Source: a virus
Taxonomy: Duplodnaviria; Caudoviricetes
Length of the DNA stretch: 59,705 bases
Strand: one strand, 5' to 3'
Virus record (IMG/VR): IMGVR_UViG_3300029319_000047
Location: 1-59,705 of that record
Shown here: positions 38,901 through 49,084 of the stretch, piece by piece
Position numbering within the stretch: the stretch's first letter is position 1
Layout: the number at the start of each line of letters is the position of its first letter
Made by a program: the position numbers and the translations under genes
Notes under the pieces: model-generated
The model's database searches: none
Told to the model about the DNA's origin: nothing
Seen by the model: the letters and a program-made list of their open reading frames with translations, nothing else

Positions 38901-40315
38901 AAGAAATTTTCTGGGAAGCCTTTATATAAATCTAGAAGAATACTATCCGTTACTATTTTCAGATTATCTTCTAAGCTACTCGTGCTATATGATTGAACTC
39001 CCGCTTTTGCAGCAAGGGATGCAGTCCAAGTTTCAAGATTTTTAAATAAGGGAGACTCTGTTCCCAAAGAATACCAAATTAAATTAGGAATGTAGGATTC
39101 AAAAAGTTCTTGAACCTTGCCTGAAACATCGAAAACCGAGTCAACTATTAACGCATTTATAGCTGTCTGAATTGCTTCTAAGGTCCCTGATTTTTTATAT
39201 AAATCAATGGCTAAACGAAGCTGGTGTCTCCACTTGGATGGAGATGATCCTCTTAGTTTAAACCCAATAAGATCTGCTATGTATTGTAAATGTTCAGAAC
39301 GAACATTCTCTATATCGTAAATGAGTGATAGATTTTCTATTTCATTTGATATGTCAGCAAATTCAAAACCCAGCACTGTATTAAATTTTCTGTGTGGTCC
39401 TTTTGATACTAAATCATCTAGTTCCACACCAGCGTCAATAAAGCTATCAAAAGCGTCTTTAACTGTGTAATCTCTTTGGTCCACATATAGAGGAGAATAG
39501 ACTACATCAAGTAATGTATTGAGCGAATCGAGCTTTTGAACTCCACTGGTATAAGTTGCTACCACACCGTCGCTTGCGTCAAGCACAGCGTCAGCAGTGC
39601 CAGATACAAAAGAAGCAGGCAAGTACGCCCCGAAGGAACAAGTTTCATTATTTCTCCAAAGATATTCGGTTAGTCCTTTTATTCCATCAACAGTCTCTAA
39701 AGTGTTACCAACATATAAAGAATTGAAAGAGTCCAGAACATAGCTTGACGGAGAATAGTTAAGACCGCCATTTGCTGATGTATTTAAAAAGTAAAACCAC
39801 CCTAAACTATCGACAAGGTAATTATGAACAGAGCTTGCATTAATGTTATTAGTTAACGCAGAGAGAGTTGCAATATTTGCTTCTAGCGCGCCTGGTTCAG
39901 TTTTGCTGGCTGGGACTAATAGTGGTAGTAACGTGCCTGATAAGTAAGAATTAAAAGCACCACTTGTTTCGTAGTTCTTTAAAGTTGTCCCAAGGGGGTT
40001 TAATATCTTACTTTCTAGAGTATATGGATTTATATTTGTAAGGTTATTTTGCTTTACAAAATATTGAGATATACCATTAATGTTCCCTAAAGAACTTGTT
40101 TGAGTGTTGGCAACTCCAGATAAAGAAATAATATCAGAAATATTATTAGCGATTTGCACATGCTTATTAACTATATCCGAGATAGGATTTAGCTCTGTAC
40201 CACTTAGCTCTAGGTCTTTCTGTCGATATATCTCAGGACTAATAAGCTCAACTAATTCTACAAAATTTGTTTTGTAGAAATTTCTAGAATCAGGAGTGTG
40301 CTTATTAAAACCCAT
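35945..40315 (-). CDS. Large baseplate wedge protein (gp7/P2 gpI-like domain)
   Basis: LQYIADLIGF...WRHQLRLAIDLYKKSGTLEAI; follows gp25-gp6. Confidence 0.75.
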   Translation of the reverse strand: MGFNKHTPDSRNFYKTNFVELVELISPEIYRQKDLELSGTELNPISDIVNKHVQIANNISDIISLSGVANTQTSSLGNINGISQYFVKQNNLTNINPYTLESKILNPLGTTLKNYETSGAFNSYLSGTLLPLLVPASKTEPGALEANIATLSALTNNINASSVHNYLVDSLGWFYFLNTSANGGLNYSPSSYVLDSFNSLYVGNTLETVDGIKGLTEYLWRNNETCSFGAYLPASFVSGTADAVLDASDGVVATYTSGVQKLDSLNTLLDVVYSPLYVDQRDYTVKDAFDSFIDAGVELDDLVSKGPHRKFNTVLGFEFADISNEIENLSLIYDIENVRSEHLQYIADLIGFKLRGSSPSKWRHQLRLAIDLYKKSGTLEAIQTAINALIVDSVFDVSGKVQELFESYIPNLIWYSLGTESPLFKNLETWTASLAAKAGVQSYSTSSLEDNLKIVTDSILLDLYKGFPENFLFNGRPFSVPQFYVLDNDGNETEIYTIVGDPAMKPFHIHSINDSSFESLKLSAKINGESNAFDAAVGNGPLGEGVYMAGIEHPVGERPIYLKFKGDLEFLFNYRGKNNYPIPPFEEVKYYRDSSVTKPMVDLLVERLKCFQVREDFADQVGNFIVSSAVTDDSDLGSLNEFLMFFSSEQTPSNFNDVMLSISDYEKNLISLWNGKSSHLFINFKDTDFDFSKTTLEGDGRYALYEAARTAREFSPAHAITRVNLAASAEDSFETSSTRMEYLALDHDDSRASYTSASIFGNFEFSGVLMELNSETNKFRRTDVDNISDPLLSGTSTVADLGSVARRALRRRNLKYLLPHEGYYDRTGFNGPVSYDPSTLELSMPSSLGELTLGYVASAGKFHPVVDPVSPSGVWDICEDLDSSRAFSSIDTSNTFPYRGLFELGSVARDANASATARYVDRGQLPELYNTMHEIFEAKALFNATQILSGTTVYDSDSYWKNNAQSLANEAVASGLVLNSFADYENFSFGRGIQKVHQDYCKYFAKHPLGLTEIEKTGGNIFGHVFGLGLYNCDLKLDGSEVSNFVASSVNSATPINTVNVWNESANGTYIASSTRQGVVPLSGTFIAGKVNNAEFRNPNILSGIEFCDISGAPTQNQFSIFDIDSKFKVPGLENYLVGNRIIKCKSQGGLPRIRFDLSSYGERRNRFIKDHEFELKIKSLVAEEYSNTLGGGKLGVWIHTDASGGGKDGLVWSWTPRGKWEPIRENRISIDVVKNTLAHIYNFEFKSPDRDEKVFCLGNTIKTEQAVNNVSLGNIKESYFETFSINFDTRNFTDQNNSEYLKIIPIQESEYIITEQVNMDSTNYIVEIFFLPNLDSEKYLLIDSIELQDKTLRDRAGIGTGYGILSKGTPLRPFAKETKLELSKDQLRDILKFYNGLIGQGTGVYATNLASRDATITSGILEVSGGSRLNYRISPEWVKHTNGTHENYTEVEFNN

Positions 40316-41886
40316 TAGTCAAGTAAAATTATATTAATGCTAAGGTTATTTAGTTGTGCAATCTCATTGAAATCAATTGGCACATTTTGATCTAAATTAT
40401 CTATTGTAGAAAATCTTACTTCGTCCACTTCAAAAATTTGTCTATTCAATTCAGCGATATTAAGATCTTCCCCGAAACTCCTGTTATCAGCACTCATGTA
40501 AGTTAGAATTTTATCTCTAACTTTACTTTTGATAACATTTTGATTCTCTTCCTCTTCTTTATCCACCCTAATTGAAACTGCTAGGTCTAATGTTCTAATG
40601 AGACCGTCCACGATAGCTATGTCATCAGTAGCCATTTTCTTTTTATTTATGGCATTTAGTAACTGTGTTTTAAAGTTTGTAGTGGCTCTTTGAAGCTGTA
40701 AGTCTGACGCCTTTTCAAGAACATAAATATCAACAATATTTGCTGAGGCATAAGCTTTTCGTGTTGCAGCGGCGGCTTTTCCTACTGTTCCAAAATCACT
40801 GATAAATGTATTAGCAAATACTGCGTAGTCCTCCAGAGTTACTAACCTATCCTGTCTTCTGAAAGTTAGAGGTGCATATTTTTTGGCGTGTTCAATGGTC
40901 TCAGCGTTTGCGCCGCCAGTAGCTTTACTGATATTTGTTATAGTTCCTGGGGCTCGGGCTGTATTGATAGAAGCATTAATAGTATCCTTTTCCAGGTTAC
41001 CTCTTGTCCCTCCCCCAACGCGATACTCAACTCTGAACGATGCGGTATCCTCTGGGGAAGCACCTACTGATCCATCTCCGAAGACCACAGTGGCATTGTA
41101 GTCTTCATCATAGACTACCTCAAAAATCTTATCAGAGGACCCTGATGCATAGTATACATTAGGGACCTCAGTATAAGCTCCTTGGGTAGCTGCGTTTGGG
41201 CTTGTAATAAAAACAGCGATGCTACCCTCCACTACAGGGCCTTGAGATAGCTTTACTGTTTTTACCCCCTCAGTGGCTGCAAACTCCCCCTGTTCATCAA
41301 CTAAAGCACCTTCTTGAATAACAAAGTTAGTGTATACTTTTCCAGCAGGATCATCAGATTCAGTATTACTGAATAAGATATTTCCAGTATCATTTGCAGT
41401 ATCAACTAAACCGTTTACAACTTTATACAAAGTGAAAGAAAGATTACCACCGTCTTCAGGAGAGGTCACAGTGATTACCCTATCTTGTGGAGTTATTTGA
41501 TTAGTTGCAAAGGAGTTATCAAATACTAACTTCACATCCGCTGCTGAAGATAATGGACCCCTCATTCTTACGCCGATTAATTCAAGTAATTTTTTAACGC
41601 TAGATCTTTGCTTGGCTGTAGCTAAGAAGTTTTCGTTAGCCAACATGTCTGCTTTCATTGACATGACCGCTCCCATATATGCGGTTAGTTCTAAAAACAT
41701 TAATCCTAAATCAGATTCTACGAAATACTTATAATCGTCAGGATAAACCGCCTTAGCGTAATCAATAAGAGAGTTTCTAAGAGAAACAAAATCTGTTGCG
41801 GCAAAATTAATTAGTGATGGTCTTTTAGAAACTGGTATGTTAGACAGCTTCATAAAATCTGAAGATATTGTTCCTGAAAAATTCAT
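40315..41886 (-). CDS. gp6: Baseplate wedge subunit (gp6/baseplate J-like)
   Basis: DFVSLRNSL, NENFLATA, VFGDG..G, YRVGGG..GN, ATGGANAETIE, QDRLVTLEDY. Confidence 0.93.
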   Translation of the reverse strand: MNFSGTISSDFMKLSNIPVSKRPSLINFAATDFVSLRNSLIDYAKAVYPDDYKYFVESDLGLMFLELTAYMGAVMSMKADMLANENFLATAKQRSSVKKLLELIGVRMRGPLSSAADVKLVFDNSFATNQITPQDRVITVTSPEDGGNLSFTLYKVVNGLVDTANDTGNILFSNTESDDPAGKVYTNFVIQEGALVDEQGEFAATEGVKTVKLSQGPVVEGSIAVFITSPNAATQGAYTEVPNVYYASGSSDKIFEVVYDEDYNATVVFGDGSVGASPEDTASFRVEYRVGGGTRGNLEKDTINASINTARAPGTITNISKATGGANAETIEHAKKYAPLTFRRQDRLVTLEDYAVFANTFISDFGTVGKAAAATRKAYASANIVDIYVLEKASDLQLQRATTNFKTQLLNAINKKKMATDDIAIVDGLIRTLDLAVSIRVDKEEEENQNVIKSKVRDKILTYMSADNRSFGEDLNIAELNRQIFEVDEVRFSTIDNLDQNVPIDFNEIAQLNNLSINIILLD

Positions 41887-42347
41887 GCTATTGTTACTTC
41901 TACATCAAATATTTCTAAGTCAGATTTATCTAACTTTAACGATAGGATCACTTGTAAAGAGTTGCCGCCCGCTGGTCCTGCGTCTCCTGTAGGGAATATT
42001 GACAGCTTTGCTATTCTTGCCCCTACAATATAATTATTAAATGATGTTTCTATCTCTCTTCTTATATTGTTAAAAGTAGTCTCGTCTAATGGTTGAAATA
42101 AGTAACGCCTAAGATTGCATCCAAAATTTGGTAACATTACTCGTTCGCCACGTTCAGTCAGTAAAAGCTGCTCCACGGCAGCTTTTATCATATTTATTCC
42201 AGATGTCTTATTAAAGACACCTCCATTTCTGCTAGATCCCAGGGGGTAGTGCAATCCAAATACTTCTTTTCTAGCAGACTTAGGTGCTTGTATGTTGTAC
42301 CTATCCTGAATAGATCCATGAACTGTTACTGTCTTATTAGCGGCCAT
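41883..42347 (-). CDS. gp25: Baseplate wedge/sheath initiator (gp25-like)
   Basis: LLLTERGERVMLPNFGCNLRRYLFQP. Confidence 0.93.
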   Translation of the reverse strand: MAANKTVTVHGSIQDRYNIQAPKSARKEVFGLHYPLGSSRNGGVFNKTSGINMIKAAVEQLLLTERGERVMLPNFGCNLRRYLFQPLDETTFNNIRREIETSFNNYIVGARIAKLSIFPTGDAGPAGGNSLQVILSLKLDKSDLEIFDVEVTIA

Positions 42348-45070
42348 TATATTTTAATATTTTTGAAAAAGCCTTGTTGGGCATTGTAATTCTTTTTTAC
42401 TTCTGTACTATTTAGGGGTCTTGAATAGAACTTTAAACTTCCTACATGCCCACGAAGACCACTAATCACACCACCCCGATCTCCTCCCATAAAGTTTCCG
42501 TATTGATACATGCCATCAGTGTAGCCTCCACCAACAATCCAGGGAGTGTAGAATGGATAAAGCAGGGGTCCTTGTTTTAAAGTTGTAGGTCCATCAACCG
42601 TGGTTGAGGAATATTGGAAACTATTATCTTTTTTGAAGCTTGGAAGGGCAGCAGGTTTTTTAACATCAACTCCAAAAACTTCTGAAAGAGCAGAAGTAGC
42701 AACAAGGGAACCATCAGCATACATCTTCATGGTGTTCTCGTTAACGTCGCAAGCTATGTCTATCAATACAAACTGAGAAGAGACATTTCCAAAAGCAGTT
42801 GAAGATAAATCAACTTTCATTTTATGAAAATGTGGTTCATTCTGACATTTATCATTATTAATGAAAGATGCAGACGAAAGGTCTCTGGCTTGTGTGGGTG
42901 CCACAAAAAAGCTTAGAGATGATGTAGGATTATTAAATTCATTATTATTACTAAATCCAGCCCCCTCTTGAGTAATCCTTCTGTCTCGGGTAAACCCACA
43001 AATCATGCCTCTAACAAATTCTCCTCCTCGCTCAGGCTTTAAGAAGTCTAAGTCCCTAATGGTCCCTGTATGATCAATTGCCAAAGAGTTAGGATTGTGT
43101 CCTACATTTTCAGAACCAAATAAAACTTTAGTTAGACTGGAGGCTGCTGGAGTGCCGACCGCTGTGCCGCTGGCCCAGCCAAGCGCCCCATCCGTAATAT
43201 AAGGCACATGCACCCAACATTCGAAGGTAAATCCATTTGACGAATAAGTTAGATCTCTAAACTCGGTGGTGTCAGGTAACTTTATGAAAGATCCTAACGC
43301 AGAAGCTGCTGGTGGATCTGAGCTTTTATTTTTTACAATACCTTCCAGGTATGGGATGCTTATGCCAGAAGCAAAAATGGATCTTCTGTTTGCACCGACT
43401 AGCTGTGCGTTATTATACATATTTTCTGTTGCACAGTTAGTTACGTTAAAATTTGTAGATGAAGGTAATTCTATGCTAGTATCTAAAAAGTTATAGATAG
43501 CAAAAAGATCTTCATACACAATCTGATCATTCAAAGCTAACACCGTTCCAGAAGAGGATCCTGAAGGTGAGTAAATGATACTACCTTTACCTATTGGGGG
43601 AACAGATAATTGATCATAAGATATGGAGGGAGCTTTATCTCTAGCGGGTGTCACATATTTTGTTTCTACAGGTAAAACAATGCCTTGCACATCTGCTTGC
43701 TTAAAAACTAAAGATCTTTGTTTTTCTAAATCAATTGATAAATTATATTTTTCAAGATAAGAAAAATCATTAATTGGAATATCTCCTGGACCAAACTCTG
43801 GGCCGCTTAAATCTCCATATATTTGCCCAGCCTTCACAGCTACTTCAATTTGTTTTTTTCTACGATTAATTTTTGTATTGTGGTTAGCAATCTCACTTAT
43901 GATAAGTTTTCTTTGATTAATCACAACTGAGGAATCCTCTCCAAACTCGTCAATAAATCCCTGTAGATCAGATGATAAATCAAAGATATGCTTATCCCTT
44001 TGCTGTTTTACCACAGCAAGGAAATGGTCCTCATTGTAGTAATGCTGAAGACCTGCACTGTCGTCAATTTTATTTGGATCAAAAATATTATCAGTAAATT
44101 TATTTAAGGAGGCTATGGAAATGGCTTGTCCCTTTCCTCCTAGATTTGGGTCATAATTGTACTTCCACGCATCTCCCACAGGGACCATTCCCGAAATAGC
44201 TAGATATACGGGATCCAGCCCACCATTGTAGGAATCATAATAAAGACCATCGTTTGTCAGAACATAGGAGCCATCAGTGGATATCGGAGGTCCATACGTC
44301 AAGCGGAAAATAGAGTCGTCCTCCTCTAGTCCAGGATCTTCTAATTCAAATCTATCAAAACTTGTTCCTGATAAAAATTGATCTAGCTCCCTGCTATCTA
44401 AAAACTTAGGCTCTAATGATGGATCTTCAGTTCTGGCCGCAAAGATATCATTTATTTCAGAAATTTTTGCGTCAGCAGCTACAATAAAATCTCTGGCCTG
44501 TTCCAGAGATGCCTTGTCCGCCGCATACATGGAATTAAAAGACTCTTCAATTTCTTGCTGAGACAGCGTTGCTCTTTGATCCGCTGAATTACCCGATTGA
44601 AATTTTTGAAGTTCACTAAACTTATTCAAACAATCTTGAATAGCTTCTATCTCATTTCTAATATCTGTGTAATTTTGATAAAGCTCTGCTCCAAAAGATG
44701 CGGCATACTGAAAAGCCCCTAAAACTCCTGCTAGATTATTTTTAGTTTGAGAATCATCATTATCCATGCCCATCCAAGCTGAGTCCGATTGAAATTTAAA
44801 TGTTCCTGTTTCAGTATCAAACTCTATAATGCCCGTGTTAAGCATCATTTTTTTAAAAACTTGCTTTGTAACTTCGTTTGCTTTTGCCTTCCCTGTAGCA
44901 ATCTGTGATCTCACATCTGAAAGCACAGAGCTAGGTAATAGGTTTAAAGCTTGGCTCGCTAAATTTAGCATACAACTGGGCATACCATAAGACATGCCCA
45001 GAGCTTGAATGGCTCCTGTGCCTGTTTGTCCTTGAACTTTTAGGAATGTTTCTAGATCGAAAGATGCCAT
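42347..45070 (-). CDS. Baseplate-associated protein with C-terminal LamG/concanavalin-like domain
   Basis: FTFECWV, MKMYADG, GHVGSLKFYSRPLNSTEVKKNY; N-terminal coiled coil. Confidence 0.7.
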   Translation of the reverse strand: MASFDLETFLKVQGQTGTGAIQALGMSYGMPSCMLNLASQALNLLPSSVLSDVRSQIATGKAKANEVTKQVFKKMMLNTGIIEFDTETGTFKFQSDSAWMGMDNDDSQTKNNLAGVLGAFQYAASFGAELYQNYTDIRNEIEAIQDCLNKFSELQKFQSGNSADQRATLSQQEIEESFNSMYAADKASLEQARDFIVAADAKISEINDIFAARTEDPSLEPKFLDSRELDQFLSGTSFDRFELEDPGLEEDDSIFRLTYGPPISTDGSYVLTNDGLYYDSYNGGLDPVYLAISGMVPVGDAWKYNYDPNLGGKGQAISIASLNKFTDNIFDPNKIDDSAGLQHYYNEDHFLAVVKQQRDKHIFDLSSDLQGFIDEFGEDSSVVINQRKLIISEIANHNTKINRRKKQIEVAVKAGQIYGDLSGPEFGPGDIPINDFSYLEKYNLSIDLEKQRSLVFKQADVQGIVLPVETKYVTPARDKAPSISYDQLSVPPIGKGSIIYSPSGSSSGTVLALNDQIVYEDLFAIYNFLDTSIELPSSTNFNVTNCATENMYNNAQLVGANRRSIFASGISIPYLEGIVKNKSSDPPAASALGSFIKLPDTTEFRDLTYSSNGFTFECWVHVPYITDGALGWASGTAVGTPAASSLTKVLFGSENVGHNPNSLAIDHTGTIRDLDFLKPERGGEFVRGMICGFTRDRRITQEGAGFSNNNEFNNPTSSLSFFVAPTQARDLSSASFINNDKCQNEPHFHKMKVDLSSTAFGNVSSQFVLIDIACDVNENTMKMYADGSLVATSALSEVFGVDVKKPAALPSFKKDNSFQYSSTTVDGPTTLKQGPLLYPFYTPWIVGGGYTDGMYQYGNFMGGDRGGVISGLRGHVGSLKFYSRPLNSTEVKKNYNAQQGFFKNIKI

Positions 45071-45071
45071 G

Positions 45072-46175
45072 TTAGTATGTGGTTACTCCTGTATTTTGAT
45101 ATTGGCTCTGGGGACTAGGTATAACTGGAGAATCTGGACTAGCAGTATCGCTTGCTAGATTAATGACAGATCCATCAATATCTACCCCACCACCGCATGC
45201 TACATCCATTTTTGTGCAGTTAACACTATATTTTTGACAGTCAATGTTCAGATTACCGCCAGACCTCATATTTATATCTTGATCGGCTGATATATTAACA
45301 GCGCCTTTAGTTTTAATTGTGATGCCCCCTGCTGTTCCATTAGTCTCAATCACAATCTCTTGATTAGTTCCATCCTGATTCAAGCACTCAATGAAAATTT
45401 TTCCTTGTTCAGCCTGAGTGAAAATATTTACATCCTTCCACTTACTTTGTATATTTACATTTCCAGACTCGACACTGTTTCCCCAAGGCACCCCATTAGC
45501 ATTGTTAAGAACCTGTAATTCTCGGCCACCAGCCCCAACGACTATATCAGTTTGAGATTCTGTATTAATATACTTTTGAGGGCCAACAGACTCCACTTGA
45601 ATTGATCTAGCAGCGAGACTTTGATTTTGTGGATCATCTGTTAAGGTAATCTTACTACCGTTTCCGCTGTCTAATATGATTGAATCAATCGTAGGAGCCT
45701 CAGTCATGGTAATTTTTTTAGCTCCCCCCGAAGACATTTCAGTTTTTGGATTAAAGAATTCGGGATTATACTCGTCGGACATGGTTATTCCTGCGCCCTG
45801 TGGACTTTTGAAAGTGTATTTCATGGGAGTCCCGCGAGCCTTGTATATCTCAGGATCTACTCTTTCAAAAGGTAAAACTTTCGCATCCTTCAGTTTAGAA
45901 CCATCAACCTCTGCGGGTTCTGGTGCGAAGGTCGTGCCTAAATAATACCAGCTTGTTCCTCCAGCCACCTTGCAAACAAGAACTTGTGTTCCTACTTCAG
46001 GGACCGCTATAAACGCCCCCTCTGCGTTTGAACCATAAGGGCTGACGTAATATACAGTTTGCTCATCATTACCTTCAGAGGCAACCTTAGCTCTGAATGC
46101 GCCGCTTCTACCAGGGTCCACGCGGCTACGGACCTCGGCTAATGATATAGCTCCTTGGTTTTTGCCCTCTTGCAT
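45072..46175 (-). CDS. gp5: Baseplate central spike (gp5/VgrG-like OB fold plus beta-helix, no lysozyme domain)
   Basis: DPGRSGAFRAKV, AVPEVGTQVLV, YYLG; C-terminal beta repeats ending IDGSVINL. Confidence 0.75.
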   Translation of the reverse strand: MQEGKNQGAISLAEVRSRVDPGRSGAFRAKVASEGNDEQTVYYVSPYGSNAEGAFIAVPEVGTQVLVCKVAGGTSWYYLGTTFAPEPAEVDGSKLKDAKVLPFERVDPEIYKARGTPMKYTFKSPQGAGITMSDEYNPEFFNPKTEMSSGGAKKITMTEAPTIDSIILDSGNGSKITLTDDPQNQSLAARSIQVESVGPQKYINTESQTDIVVGAGGRELQVLNNANGVPWGNSVESGNVNIQSKWKDVNIFTQAEQGKIFIECLNQDGTNQEIVIETNGTAGGITIKTKGAVNISADQDINMRSGGNLNIDCQKYSVNCTKMDVACGGGVDIDGSVINLASDTASPDSPVIPSPQSQYQNTGVTTY

Positions 46176-48752
46176 TTATTCCTCTGTTTTAAACTTTGGC
46201 GCATTTTTTACAAGCTTAAATTCTGATGTTGCCGCGCCAGTTGTAATGGTATGCTTAAATCCCATTATTTTATAGAGTCCACTAAAAAATTTATTTAATG
46301 AAGTTGATGGTTGTCGAGTTGATTGTGTAATAGGTTGATCCTGTCCAAAAAAGATGCAGGGTGTTCCTAGTGAAGATGTTTTAGATATATGAAAAAGAGG
46401 TAGAGTGGTTATACTCATTTGAAGTGCTTTTCTATATAACTCTTCTGTGAAGTCTGCCATGATAGAGTTTGGGTTGCCAGGAAGTTGTTGATCCACTAAA
46501 ACTAACCCGTGTAGATTTTTTTCTTCTAGCTCCTCTACAATAACAGCTAAGGAGTCTGCGGCTGCCTCAGAGGAATCAACATCAAGGTCTTCTGCTAAAT
46601 CAGGAGATACTCGTAGAGCTAGTTGATTTATTATATCTCTTTTTTCTTTATCTCCAAGACCTTGAGAATACCCCTTGCTTCTCAGATATGCGATAGCTGC
46701 TCCTCGCTCTCTAATAGGAAATGTTCCAACCCCTGTGGGTAAAACACCTTCAGCGACCGCTGAAGTAAGCCTTTTTATTTCTTTTTGATATCCTGCTTTT
46801 AGTAATGCAAAGTATATGGCTCCAAACTTAAATTTCATATCTATTGTATTTGGGTTTTCCGTGTTATATCTAAAAACAGGAATGCCATTTTCTTCAATAT
46901 ACTCTTTTTCTTTATCACTAAAAGATTCATCCTGATAAGCAAAATCATCAGGCAAGTAAGAAATGTCTCCAAAAGATCCGACCCCTTTCAATACTGGATG
47001 AGCAATTGCTCTTACTTTCTTGTTGTATTCTACATTATTCAATGCAAAGTTATCTAAGGGGTGTAGGGGCACTTGAGTAGCCGCTGCAAATAAGTAATCC
47101 GCTGAGGTAGGGTCAGAAGCCTCATTTGATTTTTTGGCCTTTTTACTAAAAGTTTTTAGTAAACCTGATTTTACTTGCTTTGCAATAGCGATGGCCGCCT
47201 TGGCTCGTAATTCATCAACAGCAGCTTTCTTTTGTTGTAAATTTACTGATCCATAAAGATATTCTTTTATTAATGCAAGATCTCCTACTATTATGGCTGA
47301 ATCTCCCTCAAATGAATCATATCCTCCAAATGTGTAGAATTTATTAAAAGGACTTGTCGTCCATAAATTCATCATGTTTACTTCTGTTTCATTTACAACA
47401 GCTAGGCTGGACATCTTATAGGATTCGTGGGATAGTTTTTTTATTTTATCAAATACAGTTTGTAGAACTGCCATGTGGTCAGGAACCTGCCTGTCAGTTT
47501 TATCAATCACTGCTGTAAAATACCTTTCTTTGTAGTATCCTTTCACAGCACTACTTGATGATGGGTACTTTTCATTCTCTGCATGTTTTGCGATTGGACC
47601 AAAAGGGATTGCCTGTTTTTTTAAAGAATCATCCTTACTTCCCATATGCATTCTTAAACCAAAAGCAGCGAGAGTGCCATCTACAAATAATTCTGTCTTA
47701 CCTAACTCCTTATCGGTTGGTGTAACTAAATCATTTACTCTAGAAAGTAGGAAGGGCCCTGGGAATGGGACTGATGAGGCAGCGGTTGATAGTGCATCAA
47801 CAACTTTACTACTAACATAAAACTTTCTAGCTTCATCTTTAATCGCTTGTCTACAGGTAATATTTAAATTAGGCAGTAGAACAATAACATTTTTGTTACT
47901 AGTAGCTTTTTGAACATAACTACGAATGGCATCAACGACCATGCAGTGAAAATCAAATTTTTCTAGCTTTTCAGAAACTTCTTCAAATCCTAGATCAGCC
48001 AAAAGTTTTCTTTCTTCTTTTAAAGCATTCGCTATTGCTGAATTTTCACCAGCACCTGAGATGTATTCGGTGGGGTCATACGGCTTTCTAGAATTAAATT
48101 TAATCTCCTGTGATTCCCCTGCATATCGTATCTTTAGACCAAGAAGATTTAAGTTAACTTTTTCATTATATGCTCCTCTTCTGTTATTAAGATTAAGAGC
48201 ATTAGGAGTTGGTGTTAAGGTTAGTGTAATTTTTCTAGCTCCCTCAACGGTTATGTCTGCGTTAGTCATAACAGTTCTATGGGGACCTGACCAAAGATCT
48301 AAATTATTACCTGTTCCATATGCAACATATATTTCTCTTTCACCTATATTTTTTTGTAATTCTTTTTTATATTGAACAACATATTCTTTTGAATAATTTT
48401 CTTGGCTTTGTTTTACATCATCTGGTTTATCTGTTATGAAGCCTTCAGTTTTTTCAATTGCAGGATTTGAAAAACCTTCAATAATTTTAGTTGGGTTATT
48501 AGTAAAAAATCTTTTTTCAAATTCATTTTTAGGATCAATAAACGATAAAACTATTTTAAACCCACCCCCCAAACCAAGACTATGTTCTAATGATATGAAA
48601 TTTGGATTAGCAACATTGTCAAAAAGCAAAACATTATCTAATCCCTCAGATAACTCAGACACCAAACTTTTGTAGGTAGCGCCTGAAGAAAATAGTCTTT
48701 CCATAACTTTCTTATCGAAAGCGACCACTATGTTTGCTGTGGGTATGTTCAT
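46176..48752 (-). CDS. Baseplate hub protein (gp27-like), enlarged
   Basis: C-terminal FSGLYKIMGFKHTI...SEFKLVK; located between gp53-like and gp5-like genes. Confidence 0.65.
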   Translation of the reverse strand: MNIPTANIVVAFDKKVMERLFSSGATYKSLVSELSEGLDNVLLFDNVANPNFISLEHSLGLGGGFKIVLSFIDPKNEFEKRFFTNNPTKIIEGFSNPAIEKTEGFITDKPDDVKQSQENYSKEYVVQYKKELQKNIGEREIYVAYGTGNNLDLWSGPHRTVMTNADITVEGARKITLTLTPTPNALNLNNRRGAYNEKVNLNLLGLKIRYAGESQEIKFNSRKPYDPTEYISGAGENSAIANALKEERKLLADLGFEEVSEKLEKFDFHCMVVDAIRSYVQKATSNKNVIVLLPNLNITCRQAIKDEARKFYVSSKVVDALSTAASSVPFPGPFLLSRVNDLVTPTDKELGKTELFVDGTLAAFGLRMHMGSKDDSLKKQAIPFGPIAKHAENEKYPSSSSAVKGYYKERYFTAVIDKTDRQVPDHMAVLQTVFDKIKKLSHESYKMSSLAVVNETEVNMMNLWTTSPFNKFYTFGGYDSFEGDSAIIVGDLALIKEYLYGSVNLQQKKAAVDELRAKAAIAIAKQVKSGLLKTFSKKAKKSNEASDPTSADYLFAAATQVPLHPLDNFALNNVEYNKKVRAIAHPVLKGVGSFGDISYLPDDFAYQDESFSDKEKEYIEENGIPVFRYNTENPNTIDMKFKFGAIYFALLKAGYQKEIKRLTSAVAEGVLPTGVGTFPIRERGAAIAYLRSKGYSQGLGDKEKRDIINQLALRVSPDLAEDLDVDSSEAAADSLAVIVEELEEKNLHGLVLVDQQLPGNPNSIMADFTEELYRKALQMSITTLPLFHISKTSSLGTPCIFFGQDQPITQSTRQPSTSLNKFFSGLYKIMGFKHTITTGAATSEFKLVKNAPKFKTEE

Positions 48753-49084
48753 TATATTTTAGGAATAAAAATTCTATCGCTTTCATTAAATCCTTCAAAA
48801 GGATCATTGATACCATTAACCATCATTAGCAACCACCAATTTTTAGGAGTGCCATAAAATAAATTAGAAATTAAGTCTGGTCGATGAGCATACCCTGCTG
48901 GAATGTACCCAATTTCATATTCAAAAGCCTCCTCTAAATCAGATAAAAGAAGATCAAACTTTTCTGAATTTACAATAGTGTTAGTCATGATGTTACGGTG
49001 ATCCACACGAACTTCATCTAAACTGTAGGGGCCTTTATCTGTACTAGTCATTGGTATATCCTGGATCCATGCTATTTGTTTCAC
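48752..49084 (-). CDS. gp53: Baseplate wedge LysM-like protein (gp53-like)
   Basis: RPDLISNLFYGTPKNWWLLMMVNGINDPF. Confidence 0.85.
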   Translation of the reverse strand: MKQIAWIQDIPMTSTDKGPYSLDEVRVDHRNIMTNTIVNSEKFDLLLSDLEEAFEYEIGYIPAGYAHRPDLISNLFYGTPKNWWLLMMVNGINDPFEGFNESDRIFIPKI

